64,000 nt of DNA. Origin: Octopus vulgaris. Lineage: Eukaryota. A program made the position numbers and the translations under genes. Positions within the stretch are counted from its first letter, which is position 1. The number at the start of each line of letters is the position of its first letter. The notes beneath the pieces are model-generated. The model ran no database searches and was not told where the DNA came from. It was given only the letters and a program-made list of their open reading frames with translations. The stretch is taken from the NCBI GenBank assembly GCA_951406725.2, contig OX597830.1:41168001-41232000 (forward strand). Reading direction: 5' to 3'. Shown in pieces: positions 39,209-53,350 of the stretch.

Positions 39209-39829
39209 GTCAGTAAATAGATGTTCAAACCATTGAAGTGTCTTCTAAACCATTTCTGACTTATCCTTTGAAATAATTAAGCACTTAAACATCAACATCA
39301 GCATTATCATTGTTGCATTTTCTTAAGTAAGATGTTCTCATCATTCTTATTATTCCCTCAAGTCATGCAAGACTTTTTGTGGACCCTCAGATCTGTAGAT
39401 CTCGCACAAACCTCTAATCAACCCCCAACCCCACCCCTACACACTCACACTCGCACAACCACATACTTCCGCACACATCCACACATAACTCCTGCAGATT
39501 GAAGAAAGCATGCGGCCTCTTTTATATCATCCAACAATTTCTCTATTGACCACCTTTGCATGTTAGCGTCATTCACCATTTTAAACCTGATGACCTTTTT
39601 ACTACCATTCTCATAATTTCCCTTGATGACGTGTCCAAATTATTAGGCTTTCTGTTTTATTATTATTAATACTGAGGAGGTGTAGTGCTACTTCTTTATA
39701 TTGCTCATATGCTCTCACATTAAAAGCAGATATATATATTTAATTTATACATCTACTACTTAAAAGTGACATAAAATTTATGTCCATATATTTTCTTAAC
39801 ACATATTTGTGCATGCGCGCCTGTGAGAT

Positions 39830-40145
39830 ATCTTTATCTTTTACTTGCTTCAGTTGTTGGACTGTGGCCATGCTGGGTCCATCGTCTTGAAGGATTTTTA
39901 GTTTCAACAAACAACTGCTAAATGAAAGGGATGTAAACAGACCGACATCTGTCGTCATGCATTGGGGAGGGACAAGCACACACACACAATGGGCTTCTTT
40001 CAGTTTCTCTCTACCAAATCTACTCACAAGGCTTCAGTTAGTCCAGTGTTATAGTAGAAGACACTTGCCCAAAGTGTCATGCATTGCGACTGAACCCAGA
40101 ACCATGTTGTTTGCAAGCAAACTTCTTATCACACAGCCACACCTG
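39830..40145 (-). mobile_element. SINE family A
   Basis: Reverse-complement match to the family A consensus. Confidence 0.8.
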
Positions 40146-40189
<44 letters not shown>

Positions 40190-40331
40190 TTTAATGGATA
40201 CAGTATAAAGATATGAGCTACTACTGGTTTTCTAGCTGGTGTCTTTATACTGTGTACATTAAATGATCTTTTCAACTCTCATTGGACAGAGTACTTTGGT
40301 TTTTGTTGATCTTACTTAAACAGAACAGTAA

Positions 40332-40400
<69 letters not shown>

Positions 40401-40589
40401 ATGTGTGTGCGTGCGTATGAGATGGTGAGATGATATAATCATTAAAATATTCATAGAACACCTAGTAGCAATATGTTCCAATTCTCAGAACTCTGATTCT
40501 GAGGTCAGATCTTACCAAGGTCAATTTTACCTTTCAAGCCTTATAGGGCTGATAAATAAACAAAATGCCAGCTCTCTACAGTGGTGCCC

Positions 40590-40663
<74 letters not shown>

Positions 40664-41227
40664 TTTAACATTTGCTCACTATAAGCAAATCATCTATGTA
40701 GGTTGTTCAACAAGAAATTGCAAAACCATTTTTCTAGAACTGAAAGACTATTGTTAATATATTTACATATAAATATATCAGTTATAAACCATTATTATTG
40801 TTAAATTTAGACATCGTTTAAATAGGAAAGTCTTTCCACAGTATGTTTCTTTGTTAACACTACAGTCCTGGGTCAAGTCTAAACTGGACCTGACTCTACA
40901 ATATATAAAACAGGAAGATTGACTTGAGGTGCCATGAGGAAAATGTTACTTGATTGACAGTACACTCTGTAGTGTGTGGGTTGTTTTCATCAAGGTGATC
41001 TTCTGAATTGTATAAATATTGATGATGCCTGCAATATTTAGTCCCTATGATCACAAATGTCTGAGGAGCGGTCATGTAAAACACCGAGTAACAATTTGTA
41101 AAATTTTTTTAACCTTTGATAAAATAGCATTTTACTCGACCTTTTGTATTAAAGTACTATTTTCAAACTTGTGTTGCACCTATGTGCTTACGTGTATGTG
41201 TGTGTGTGTATGGAGAAGAGTATCAAG

Positions 41228-41350
41228 ATTCCCACATGGTGAGCTTAAACAATTGGAGAGATCTCTGTCGCATGAAACCATTGGTTGCCTTGTTAATCCA
41301 CCAATAAAGAATATTTATCTATCAATGTGGTATTGAGCATTCATACTTGC
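41228..41350 (+). repeat. Dispersed ~120-bp repeat, copy 1 (copy 2 at 49541-49665)
   Basis: Shared gcatgaaacc...ggttgccttgttaatccac...taaagaatatttatc....aatg..gtattgagca. Confidence 0.8.
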
Positions 41351-42061
41351 TATTCAATACTAATGTGTGTGTGTGTGTAACCTATGCCAACTTGGAAAAT
41401 GGATGTTAGAGGATGATGATCACACAAACATACACACACGCACACAGTTGGTGATATCTCCATTCTCTTCCTTTGGTGAATCCCAAAGCTCCAATGATCA
41501 CTGTTATTATTTTGGTTTTCATTTTGATCTGTCAAAGCATTATGCTCAACTTAATCAATTTATTGAATTGGCAGTGTGTGTGTGTGTGTGCATGTTTAAA
41601 ACAAAACAACGATTGAAAATAGCAAACTGGTTATTATTTTAAATATTAAATCTACATAAATTAAATACTATATTCTGGACTTTTAAGGTTCTAAACACAT
41701 TAAGCTTGTTTAGAAACATGTTTTATCAACCTCAAAATGGAACAACAATGGCTGTTTATGACAATGATGATGATGATGAGTAGGAAGAGCAGGAGGAGCA
41801 GGAGGAGGAGGGTGGGATGATGGTGGGCATTTGCTTGCCATTAACTCGTATTTCTTAGTTACTTTCAATATTTATTATCATCTTCTTACGACCCATGGGG
41901 AAAGAGAGAGAGAGAACATAGATATAGATTTAATATGTGAGTTTATGTGTAATGAATTATTCTTCTGAATAGATATGTGTGTGTAATAATGTGTGTATAA
42001 ATATATAGGTGCATTGTAACACACACACACACACACATACACACACACACACGCACACACA

Positions 42062-42095
<34 letters not shown>

Positions 42096-42690
42096 CAAAT
42101 AAATAACTTGAAATGTCTCTAAGTACTTGTTTCAAACCTTAATAGTTTGAAATAGATATATGTTTTTTTATGAGGAGCTTATAATTATGTCCACTTTTCG
42201 ATTAATGATATTAATGTAGTGTTAGATTAGATGTAGCGTGAGCTGTCATTGAGAGATCCAAATAATATCAATAATATTAATGATGATGATGATGAAGATG
42301 ATGGTGGTGGCAGAGGTGATAGTGACTACAACAGTGGTGGTGGTTGTGGTGGTGGTGGTGGTGGTCATGGTGATGATGGTACTTTTTTCAGATATTACTG
42401 CCAGTCTGTTATTCCATTAAGTTGGTCAGGTAAAGGGAAAATTGATAAGGACCATATTGCATTTTAAGAAAATAAAAGCAAAAAAACAAAAACAAAAAAA
42501 CCAACCTGTTACAAGCAGTCGAACAGGTTGTTGTAGGTTTACAAGTAAAATAAATGTTTAAAGTATTTCAGTTTTTGAATTTAAGGAATGAGGGAGTAGC
42601 AGTTTGAGAGGCTGTTTTTGATTGGTGGTGAAGGTATGGCGAGGGAGGAATAATTGTGAGATAGATTCAGCTTTAGGGCCAGATAATTGA

Positions 42691-42945
42691 TTAGTTCTGT
42701 CTGTGCCATGAGGCACATAAGGCTGCAACATGAGCTCTGCAACCAGCTGTGTTTTCTGACACTGTTCTGGTGTCATTCCAGTCTCTCCACCTATTTTTGC
42801 CAATGGTCCTTTGCCATGTGGTTTTAGAGTGCCCTGTTGCTTTCTGTTCTCTTCCCCTTAGGCTGTCACCATGCAATTTCTTTCTTGATTTTGTCTGAAG
42901 ACATGTCTGATCCAATTCCAGTTTAAGGCCTGAGTGGAAAGTTCA
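42691..42945 (-). mobile_element. RTE-clade LINE 3' end (decayed)
   Basis: ORF-track fragments WNWIRHVFRQ and GHSKTTWQRT...WND...ENTAGCRAHVAALCASWH match RTE C-termini. Confidence 0.8.
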
Positions 42946-44271
42946 ATTGGATAACCATCTGAGAGATTTGTGAGAGAGAGACAAGCATGGTTAACAACAT
43001 GGTGTAGATATTTAATATCACACTTGAGGCAGTATCTTTTCAGGATGGGAAACAAGGACATAAGTGTGTCCAATTTGTTGGTTGCTTGCAAAGCCTTTGA
43101 CCAACTTTCTCCACGGCATGCATCAAATGGATGAGTAGATGGATAGAAATAGATTTAGAAAGATATGCAGCTGTATATAAATACATAGGTACACAGAACA
43201 AGAGAGATAGAGATAGATACATAGATAGATAGACAAATAGACACAGATCGATTGACAAATAGATAGATAGATAAATAGATGGATAGATTACTTTTGAAAT
43301 ATTGGTCCAGAGAGGATGAAGGAAGATAGTATTTTTTAATTTGGTTTGTCATGTGTGAAGTTGTGAATACGATAAAAGTGTGTGTGTGTGTTTGTATGTT
43401 TGTGTGGGTGGGTCGCAAGGGAATTTATATTTACTTTAGCAACTGGTAAATAAGAGAAGGGAAATTTGGTAAGAGGTGTATTAGGTAATATTGATGAAGG
43501 AATGCAAAGTAAAGTGCTTTGGCCAATGTCATGAGAGAATGAGGTGTTGATATAAAATATAAATGTAGAGCCATTATTTCACTTTAGCGGGTGTAACAGT
43601 CTTACAGTGTAAATAACAAATATTTATTCTTCTTTTATTTATTATTTATTTTTTGTTTTGTTCATGAAATTGAAAGAATGTGATATAGTTGTATATACGC
43701 ATGTGTGTATATATATATATATATATATTTGTGTGTGGCAGGAAGGACTGTGTTTGTGTGTGTATGTGGTTATTTGTGTATTTGTGCCTGTTTTTGTGTG
43801 GCTAAAGAGTGGTTTGCAGTCATCATTCTGTCCTCTCTCTTAACGTATTCTAAAAGTAGTACTTTTGGTGACATTCATCTAATTGAAGCTAATGGAACAT
43901 TCTTTACTGCACTCATACAATTTCGTTTTAGCGTGTTTGCTGATTTAAAAAAGAAGAAGAAAGAAACAAAATACATATATAAATACACAAGCTACAATTT
44001 AAACATATCCAATGAATGTTTTTCATCGTAATCTGTTCAGTTGTCCTAAAACCCATTCTGGCATTGCTTTTCTTTCCTTTCTTTACTTTTAACTCTTCTC
44101 AGTCTAAATAAATTTTTATTCACTGTAGATTCTTTCACAGTTGGTATTTCTTTTAAACTTACGTGTGTGTACATATGTATGTGTACATATAAATACACTT
44201 ATACATATACACTCACAAATACATATGTATGAATGCATACATATGTGTATATGAATATGTATGTGTGTGTG

Positions 44272-44381
<110 letters not shown>

Positions 44382-44460
44382 CAGACAGACAGATATAGAT
44401 AGATAGATAGATATACACACGTGTATATAAATGTATGTATGCATGTATTTACACACAGAT

Positions 44461-44858
44461 ATCATCTTCATTTAATGTCCACTTTTCCATGCTTGCATGG
44501 GTCGGCTAGAATTTGCTGAGGCAGATTTTCTACAGCTAGATGCTCTTCTTGTCACCAACTCACACTTGTTTCCAAGCCAGGTAATATTTCCCCATGACCA
44601 AACATGTTTTTCACAAAAGATTGGAAACAATCAGCACCACTTGTGTGATGGTGATGCTTGTTTACAGCCATCACATGATGTCAAGACATCGGTTCATACA
44701 AATATGCAAAACACACACACACATGAGACAGGCTTCATTCAGTTTCTGTCTACTAAGTCCACTCACAATGCTTCAGTCAGTGCAGTGCTGCTGTACAAGA
44801 TACTTGTCCTAGGCACCACACAGTGGGATTGAACCTGAGACCACAGGGTTGGGAAGCT
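44461..44858 (-). mobile_element. SINE family A', most complete copy (A head, (TG)n, E-type body, GAT tail)
   Basis: Family A head at 44730-44858 joined through cacacac to a body shared with 6608-6875, 15165-15410 and 62903-63150. Confidence 0.75.
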
Positions 44859-46064
44859 CAAGGATGACTTGGTAACTTGTACCCTGCTTGTGTGCCAGTA
44901 TAATCATGAGCAGATGTTGACATCCTTTTATTCCTTCTGGGGAGAGAGAGAGAACAAAGAGAGTTGTACCAGCAACCAATGGGTACTCATTTCAGTCAAG
45001 TAGACTGAAATGAAGTGTCTTGCTCAAGAACACAATATATCATATACCACCTGGCCCAAGAACGGAATTGTTGTCACAGTCTTGTGATCATGCAGCCAAC
45101 CTCCTAATCACTTGGCCATGTGCCCTCATATGTACATGAATGTATATATGTGTATATATACATATATGTGAGCATATACACATGCATGTGTTGTGTGCAT
45201 ATATATGTATAGGCGCATGTGTGTGTGTATATATCTGTATATATTCTGTTGTTTTCACTTCTAGCTGTAGCATTGGTCTATTGCTTTCAATAAATTAGAT
45301 TTCACCCTTGTAGACCATTTCTATAAATAATGGTGCTTCCATTGAAAACATAAGAGATAATTCTAGAGAACTGGATAAACAAAAGATCAGTAGAACACCA
45401 TTACTGCATGGTGTAATTTCAAGAATGGAAATGGTAATTCTCATTCATTGGTATAATGATCTTCTGTATGAAATTGGAGAAAGAAATCAATCCAAATATT
45501 GTTAGTTGTTTCTTTCTATGTCTTTCAAAAGAATCTTTTTGTTACTGAAGTAAAATGTTACTTTCCAGTTCTTAGGCAGTAGATTGTTAAAATGGTAGAG
45601 AAAATGCTTAGCAGTATTTAGTTGTTTGCCTTTATACTCTGAGTTCATATAGCACCAGGTTTGACTTTCATCCTTCCAAAAAGCACCATTCCCAAACATG
45701 TGTGGCCCTGGGACAACGTTAGTAAAATTAATATTTCCTTCACCATTCAAATTAGTTGTTTACTGTTGTAAGTTTGGTTTCTTTAGATTTGTTTTTTGTG
45801 TAGCTGTACTTTCATGGAACTCTGTGATGTTAAATAAATCAAAGACAGCTTTCTCCTTGATAGAATGTTAGTCTTAAGTATGGCTATGTGGTTAAGAATT
45901 TTACTTTGGAATCACATGGAATCAGATTTGATCCCATGGTACCTTGAGTATTGCCTTCTGCCATGGATTTCAGTTGACTCAAACCTTGAGAATATAATTA
46001 GGTAGACAAAAATCTATGCAGAAATGGTTCTCCATGAAAAATGCAGTATAATACATGAATAAAG

Positions 46065-46300
46065 TGAAGGTGTGTGGCTAGTAGTTAGGGTATTTCACTC
46101 AGGATAGTAAGATCATGGTTTCAATTCCAGACTGGTCAGTGTGATGTATTCTTGAACAAAACGCTTCATTTCACATAGTACCATTCTTATTCATCTATAA
46201 ATGAGTTCCAGTAATAACTGAGAAATTAACCCTGCAATTGATTGGCATCCCACCAAGTGGGGTAGTATTGTAATCTTAGTTGCTTATATGCTATGGGAAC
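46065..46300 (+). mobile_element. tRNA-derived SINE (C-type head), diverged
   Basis: gtgaaggtgtgtggctagtagttaggg...tttcaattccagact...ttcttgaacaaaacgcttcatttcac. Confidence 0.6.
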
Positions 46301-46702
46301 CTGGTTAAACCCCACAATCTTATATATAGTCACCCCCTGTTGGATGGTGGATCAGCCCCTTATCTTCTTTTATCAATGCTAATGCTTCTGCCTACCCTAA
46401 AAGTTAAACTTAACCAGTTTTCCTGTTGGATACTACCACATGGCCTTTCGAAGCTTTTGGCAAGACCATTCTTATGTAAGCATTTAGACAACATCTCCAA
46501 TCTGAGGATAGCGAGATCTTTGTTTCTTCCCCACTCCATCAAGTCCCAGCTAAAAGAGCATGGGTACCGTTATTTCTTTTCTGACTAAGCCACAAAGAAT
46601 TTAATTTGTTAAGAAAAGATGGTAAAATGAAAACTGACCACAGAGAACAGCTGTAGTCAGCATTATAAACTAAAAAGACATTTGTCAATTCTGTTGTACT
46701 GC

Positions 46703-46920
46703 AAGGCGGTGAGCTGGCAGGATCATTGGCGCACTGGGCAACATGCTCAGCAGCATTTCACCCATTTTCACATTCTGAGTTCAAGTTCTACCAAGGTTGG
46801 CTTTGTCTTTCATCCTTTTGGAGGTCAATAAAATAAGTACCAGTTGTGTACTGGAGTTGATGTAATTGACTTATCCCCTCGCCCTGACATTGCTGGCCTT
46901 GTGCCAGAATTTGAAACCAA
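46703..46920 (+). mobile_element. SINE family B, full length
   Basis: aaggcggtgagctggcagga...ggccttgtgccagaatttgaaacc. Confidence 0.85.
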
Positions 46921-47629
46921 TTTTACTGTACTGCAGTTCTTTATATTGGCAAGATGTTCCCTCACTTTTGTACCATCTATAGATAGGTAAAACTGGGCTA
47001 GTTCAGAAATTCTATCAATGATGGAATACAAACTGCCAATCTCTTGGCTGGATATCCTATTATTGATATTTCATCTTGATATCCATTGACAAATATATAA
47101 GACTTTCTTTGAGCAACCTTAAAAGTGACAGATACATTAAAAAAAAAAAAAAAGTTATATTTCTATCATGAAATAATGATTGATGCAACATGGACATGCT
47201 CCAAAGGCAGTTATCAAAGATGTGTCCTGTGAATTCTTTCTTCTTTTTTTTCTTTTTTTTTTGCGCATTATGGGAACCACGGGGGGTGGAGATCACTGGA
47301 GTTATTTATAATTTCACAGCAATTTAGTCTAACATGATCACTTGGCAGAGATAAACATCGAAATGTAACAGAAATCATCACGCATCACTAGCATCATTCC
47401 CAGCATTTCAACATAGCTAATTATAAAAATATTAGATGCCTTTTATTATTATCCTGTTTGCTTGATTCATTGCTTCAGTCTCTCTTCCCTGATATCTCAG
47501 AAGCCACTGTCTGTAAGAAACCCAAATTTTCATCATCATCATCAGTAGCAGTAGTAGCATAGTTGTTGGTATATTGTCCTGTACTATCCCCAGCACTTTT
47601 TGTGAACTCTTAGTAGTTAATAAATAAAA

Positions 47630-48337
<708 letters not shown>

Positions 48338-49540
48338 TTGTTTTCGGATATTACTAAACAAAATAGTATTGATTTTTTTTTTTTTTTAGCTAGTTATCTC
48401 AATGTATACCAAGTGGGATGTTTATTATATGAAAAACATGTCTTCCACAAACAAGTAACTTAACCGAGATGTCAGAAATTTACTTTTGTTACAGCACATG
48501 AGACTTCTATTTTACAGATTCCATCAACATTTCTTTTCTTGTAAATGCTGACTAGAAATTTGCAACTTGTTTTTATTCCTTTTTTTTTTTCTATGCAAAA
48601 GAAAAATCCCTCACAAATAACAAAACAAAAAAAAAACGGTTTTCGTACAAAAACATCATTTACACACAAATTAACCTTTTGTGAAACTCACGGACATCTG
48701 CAAGTCTTCCAGAACATCTTATAGATATCTTGAACATATCTTTCTGCCTCAAACTTATCTCTAATTCTAGAAATGGTTAGTCACTATGGTGGATATGTTT
48801 GAAGCTACTTTCTAAAATGTCTTTGCACTTCAATTACATCCTCCTGCTTCCAAAAGCATTTCAGAATAAATTTCCTTTCCTTTTATTTAGAGCTTAGTTT
48901 CATCTCAGCCATTATTTATAACTGGTTGCACCTGAAACATAAGAAATATCTAGTGAGTTATGGGCTGCAAAAGTGTGTATACATGTTTTAGGGACACCAA
49001 AAATATAAACATTATGTATACATTATAAGACTTTTTAATTCTTTCTTCTTTTTTTCCCCTCCATTTTTAGAAACTTTGAGAGGTTTGAAACAAATCATTT
49101 TAAGGAGATGAGGCGATAAATAACAGCTTGTTGGTTATTGGGTTAAAAAAAAAAAACCTTGGTTGGAAAAAAGCCAATGGCTGCTCATAGGCACACAACT
49201 GCCATGTTTACAGGAGGTGTGGGTTCTTGTTTTGCTAGCAGCCATTGATTTTTTTTTTTTATTCAAAGGTTTTTCAAACCAATTTTCTACATAATAATTA
49301 TAGCTGTATATGTGCTTTGAGTTCCACTGTTAAAATTATTTATTTCCTATCTCTCAAAGTTCCCCAAAGTGAAGAAGAAAAAAAATGAAAGAAAAATTCT
49401 TATAATAAAAACAAGATACGAAGATCGAAGCACACAGTATCAAACAATGCTAAAAACAAAACTTCTAAAATAGATAGAAAAACTTGTTTTATGTGTACAC
49501 ACACACACACACGCACACACACATGAAGATAAGTACTAAC

Positions 49541-49665
49541 ATTCCCATGTGCTTTGCTTAAATAATTGTGGAGACCTCTTCAGCATGAAACCTTCGGTTG
49601 CCTTGTTAATCCACAAGTAAAGAATATTTATCCACTAATGCAGTATTGAGCACTCATTCTCATTG
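49541..49665 (+). repeat. Dispersed ~120-bp repeat, copy 2
   Basis: See 41228-41350. Confidence 0.8.
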
Positions 49666-49756
49666 TATGTATAATTCATAGATAATGAAAATTAAAATTC
49701 ATTTTTCAAATTTAAATTCTTTGCTATAATTGTTTTTATCTTCTCTTTTTTTTCAG

Positions 49757-50106
49757 TCCCAGTAACACACGTTTATCATCTGTCCAACAAGTCCAGGATT
49801 ACCTGTCAACAGAAGGGACGTGTAAATGTGGTCTGCAATGTCCTGTTCTTGTAGACAAAGTGTTTAATTTTGATGTTAGTGTTGTGTCTCGCCAGTGGAC
49901 TGTCAATGATGTGAACTGCGCTGAGGATCTTACCAAGCTGTGCAATCATAAACGGAAGATAATTGCCATGGCAACATTTCAGAGTAGTCAGGAGAGTATT
50001 CCAAATTTTGGTAAAAAAAACTTGTCTGATACAAATGTAATATCTGGTTCAACTGATACAGAGCTTTCTTCGGGAAATTGTAACAACAGTAACAAAAACA
50101 ATAAAA
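49757..50106 (+). CDS. MBD5: Internal coding exon of an MBD5/MBD6-family gene (C-terminal part of the MBD domain and downstream conserved motif); 350 nt, phase 2 to phase 1
   Basis: Polypyrimidine tract plus tttcag acceptor (AG 49755-49756) and aaa|gtaagt donor (50107). Translation: PSNTRLSSVQQVQDYLSTEGTCKCGLQCPVLVDKVFNFDVSVVSRQWTVNDVNCAEDLTKLCNHKRKIIAMATFQSSQE... This matches vertebrate MBD5 as recalled ([39 protein letters not shown]...EDVTKLCIHKRKIIAVA). Likely the single invertebrate co-orthologue of MBD5 and MBD6. Confidence 0.95.
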
Positions 50107-50126
50107 GTAAGTACTATATTATATTT

Positions 50127-50494
50127 TATTACATCTGCCTTAACAAAGGCGGAGGTATTGTTTTTCAGTTGTGTTTGTTTGTTTGTCCATGGAAAAGATA
50201 TCTCAAAAACCAATGGATGGATTCGGATGAAACCTTCATGGATGTTTGGCCTTGTGACTGACACAAACTGATTAGATGTTGGGATTGATCCAGTACCAGA
50301 CAAGGATTCTGGATTATTTTTTTCTGTTTTTTTTTTCTTAATTTTAGAGAGTGGTCAGGTTCAGTTTTAGTATTCTCATTTATGAGAGCAGTCGAGTTTA
50401 TCTCAGAAATTCTCATTTTAAAAATTGTCTCTGGCTAATCGTTGAAACGCCATTGGTGTTGCTTTGGCAGAGGTTTGCGCTCTCCGAGTGCTCT
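50127..50494 (+). mobile_element. Helentron-associated non-autonomous element (HINE/DINE-1-like)
   Basis: 5' ttacatctgcc followed by inverted ggcggaggt, (GTTT)n microsatellite, 3' subterminal repeat ggcagaggt and terminal hairpin gcgctc-tcc-gagtgc; T-rich flanks, no TSD. Confidence 0.7.
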
Positions 50495-51639
50495 GTTATT
50501 ATTATTGCAGTTATTTCTACTGCTGTGTTTTCTGTTGTTTAACCTTCATGGCATCTACACTTATCGAACCAATCTTTGGTCAAAGACATTACTCCAATCA
50601 TTATTGTCCTGTCTTTTTGTATATCAAGGACTACAGTGTCCAGTATGTCCTTCCTCTGTTTTTATGATGGCTACAAAAGATTTGAGGGAAATTTGGTTGC
50701 TCTTTCTAAAAGGTTGAGTGACTGTGTAAAACTTCCCTTGTTGGATGCAAGCATCTCTGAGTGGATATAATATCCTATTGAGTGATGTTCCACCATTTAT
50801 TTTGATTCCCTGCTAAAACCACTTTGCTTCATTTATTCCATTAATGCTCTTGTTATGAAAAAAAAATGAACATCACAACTTCATTAAGAATAACAGACTT
50901 TTCAGAGTTTTGACAGTCAATAGTTTTGTAGAGAGACGAAAGCAATGAGTTTCCCTTTAATTTCATATCATATGGAAACCAAGACCTTATTGGTGAAACA
51001 ACACATGCTGATAACATCTGTCCTCTAAATATAAAGCCAATGTAGCTTGTGGTAAGGTTGCGATTTGGCAGAATCGGTAGAGCATCAGCTGGAATGGCTT
51101 GTAGTATTTGTTCTGACTTTGTGATCTGTGTTCAAATTCTCTCAGGATTAGTTTTGGCTTTCATTGTTTGTGGGGTGGGGAAGTAATAAAAAATTTTCCA
51201 ATCCAAATTAGTGAATTTGTGTAACTGTTACAGTGTTGAATGCAGTGTCTTGCAATATATGTTCTGGCTCTTTGGGAGCAATTGCTTCCAAGTTATATGA
51301 GCCTTGGATGTCATTGGTGGTGTGGGGAGTTGCCTGCATGGGTAAGTGCTAGAATTCAAAAGAGAAAACCACTTTGCCAAAGCCTTTGCTTTGGGGAAGA
51401 ACTTCCCTGGTGCAGAAACCCATAACCAACCCTGACAAAAGGAGACCCTAGATAGTTACTTGTAGGGTAATTGTGAATCCCATATTAGTATTGGTTTGTT
51501 GGTGTGCCCTGAGGACTTTCAATTTATATGGATTGCATTTTGGGCAATTCAATCTGACAGATCAAACCCATTTCCATGAGAAGACATGAATTCAGCCATG
51601 CAGCTAAATGGAACTATACAATGCTAGGAGAACATCTAT

Positions 51640-52050
51640 GTATTTGATATAGCAACTAAATCTGCCTGAAGCAAATCCGACTCTGCTTATAAAAAGAAGA
51701 ATACATTGAACAATATAGTTCTAGATATGTTGGGTAAAAACTGGAATAATCACAGTTGTAATATCTTTGATTAAAGAAGGAGGCAAGCTGGCAGAAATGT
51801 TAGCATGCTGGGCGAAATGCTTAGCGGTATTTCGTCTGTCTTTACATTCTAAGTTTAAATTCCAACAAGGCTGACTTTGCCTTTCATCCTTTCAGGGTCG
51901 ATAAATTAAGTACCAGTTGCGTTCTGGAATTGATCTAATCAACTGGCCCCCTCCCTAAAAATTTCAGGTCTTGTGCCTAGAGCAGAAAAGAATATCTTTG
52001 ATTAAAGATCTGTTTGACCAGGGCTGGCCTGAGCCTAAAAAAAAAAAAAA
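51640..52050 (+). mobile_element. Family F interspersed repeat 3' part (A/AAC tail), host of a family B insertion
   Basis: Reverse complement of segments at 2290-2375, 35515-35590, 36583-36750, 50525-50750 and 56255-56298. Confidence 0.55.
51778..51990 (+). mobile_element. SINE family B with 18-bp target-site duplication
   Basis: aatatctttgattaaaga at 51760-51777 and 51991-52008. Confidence 0.9.
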
Positions 52051-52990
52051 CTATATGCTACTCATTTCAAAAATAGCAGGAGAATGCCTAGGAGTCACTA
52101 CCTAGGTGGACTTAGCTCCCTTAGAGTGTCAAAATCTAACAGGCCGAAATGCATGATTTCTCTTGCTGTCTGCTCACCCCATAGTAAATTTCCACTTATC
52201 AATTTCCCATATTTATAACCCATTGCTTACAGAGGTGTCTTTTTAAGGGTTTGATCTTGTTTTATTACCAACTTTCACCAGCTCATATTGTCACTGAGTT
52301 ATATGTTTTGGTAATGTAGTCATTCTACAGTGGTACCAGATATCACCATCTTGGATGTGTAAATTATTAAATTACTAATGTAAACTCTATGTTTATTCAA
52401 TGCCCCCCACCCATTGAACTGATTTTTTTTCCTCTTTATATATATATATATATTTCTTTCTTGCTTAGTTGCCAGGTATTTAGGGCAGGGGGTTATTCAA
52501 TACTTTGCTCACAACATTATACAGAGTCAGTGACACCTCTTTAAGTGATAAACTGACACCTTAGCCTTTGCAACTCTTCTATGATTTATGATCAACTTAG
52601 ATGTTTGTTTTTTGTTTTTTGCGGGGGGGGGGGGGGTTTATACACCAGTGACTTTCGTTAAGGACTAATAAACATATGAAGTAAAACTGAAAGTATTGAG
52701 TGCTACAAGAATAAAGATAGGTTTTCAGCAAGACAAGGAAACAAGTCAGACTTTTGTTTACAATTCTCTGTTTGAGGCATTTTATTTCATCTGTTGCGTC
52801 AATAATCTTTGGAAATGTGAATATTACTAAACCTATTGAGACAGTGCCCCAGCATGGCCACAGTCCAATGACTGAAACACAACTAAAAAAATGAAAAATA
52901 AATTACTGCTTCCTGTTTACTCTGTATTAAAGATTACACGCTTCGTGACAGTGTGTTTATTGTAACTTGACAGCCGTTGGACACTGGTTC

Positions 52991-53350
<360 letters not shown>

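Noticed and set aside
49860-50261. ORF-track 133-aa ORF as a standalone gene
   Set aside because: It is part of a spliced exon starting at 49757; the GTG start is internal and the C-terminus is intron/transposon sequence
52128-52160. aaaatCTAACAGgccGAAAtgcatgatttc hammerhead-like string
   Set aside because: The core is not CUGANGA and helix II is essentially absent
52623-52636. Poly-G run as a functional G-quadruplex
   Set aside because: Simple homopolymer with no supporting context
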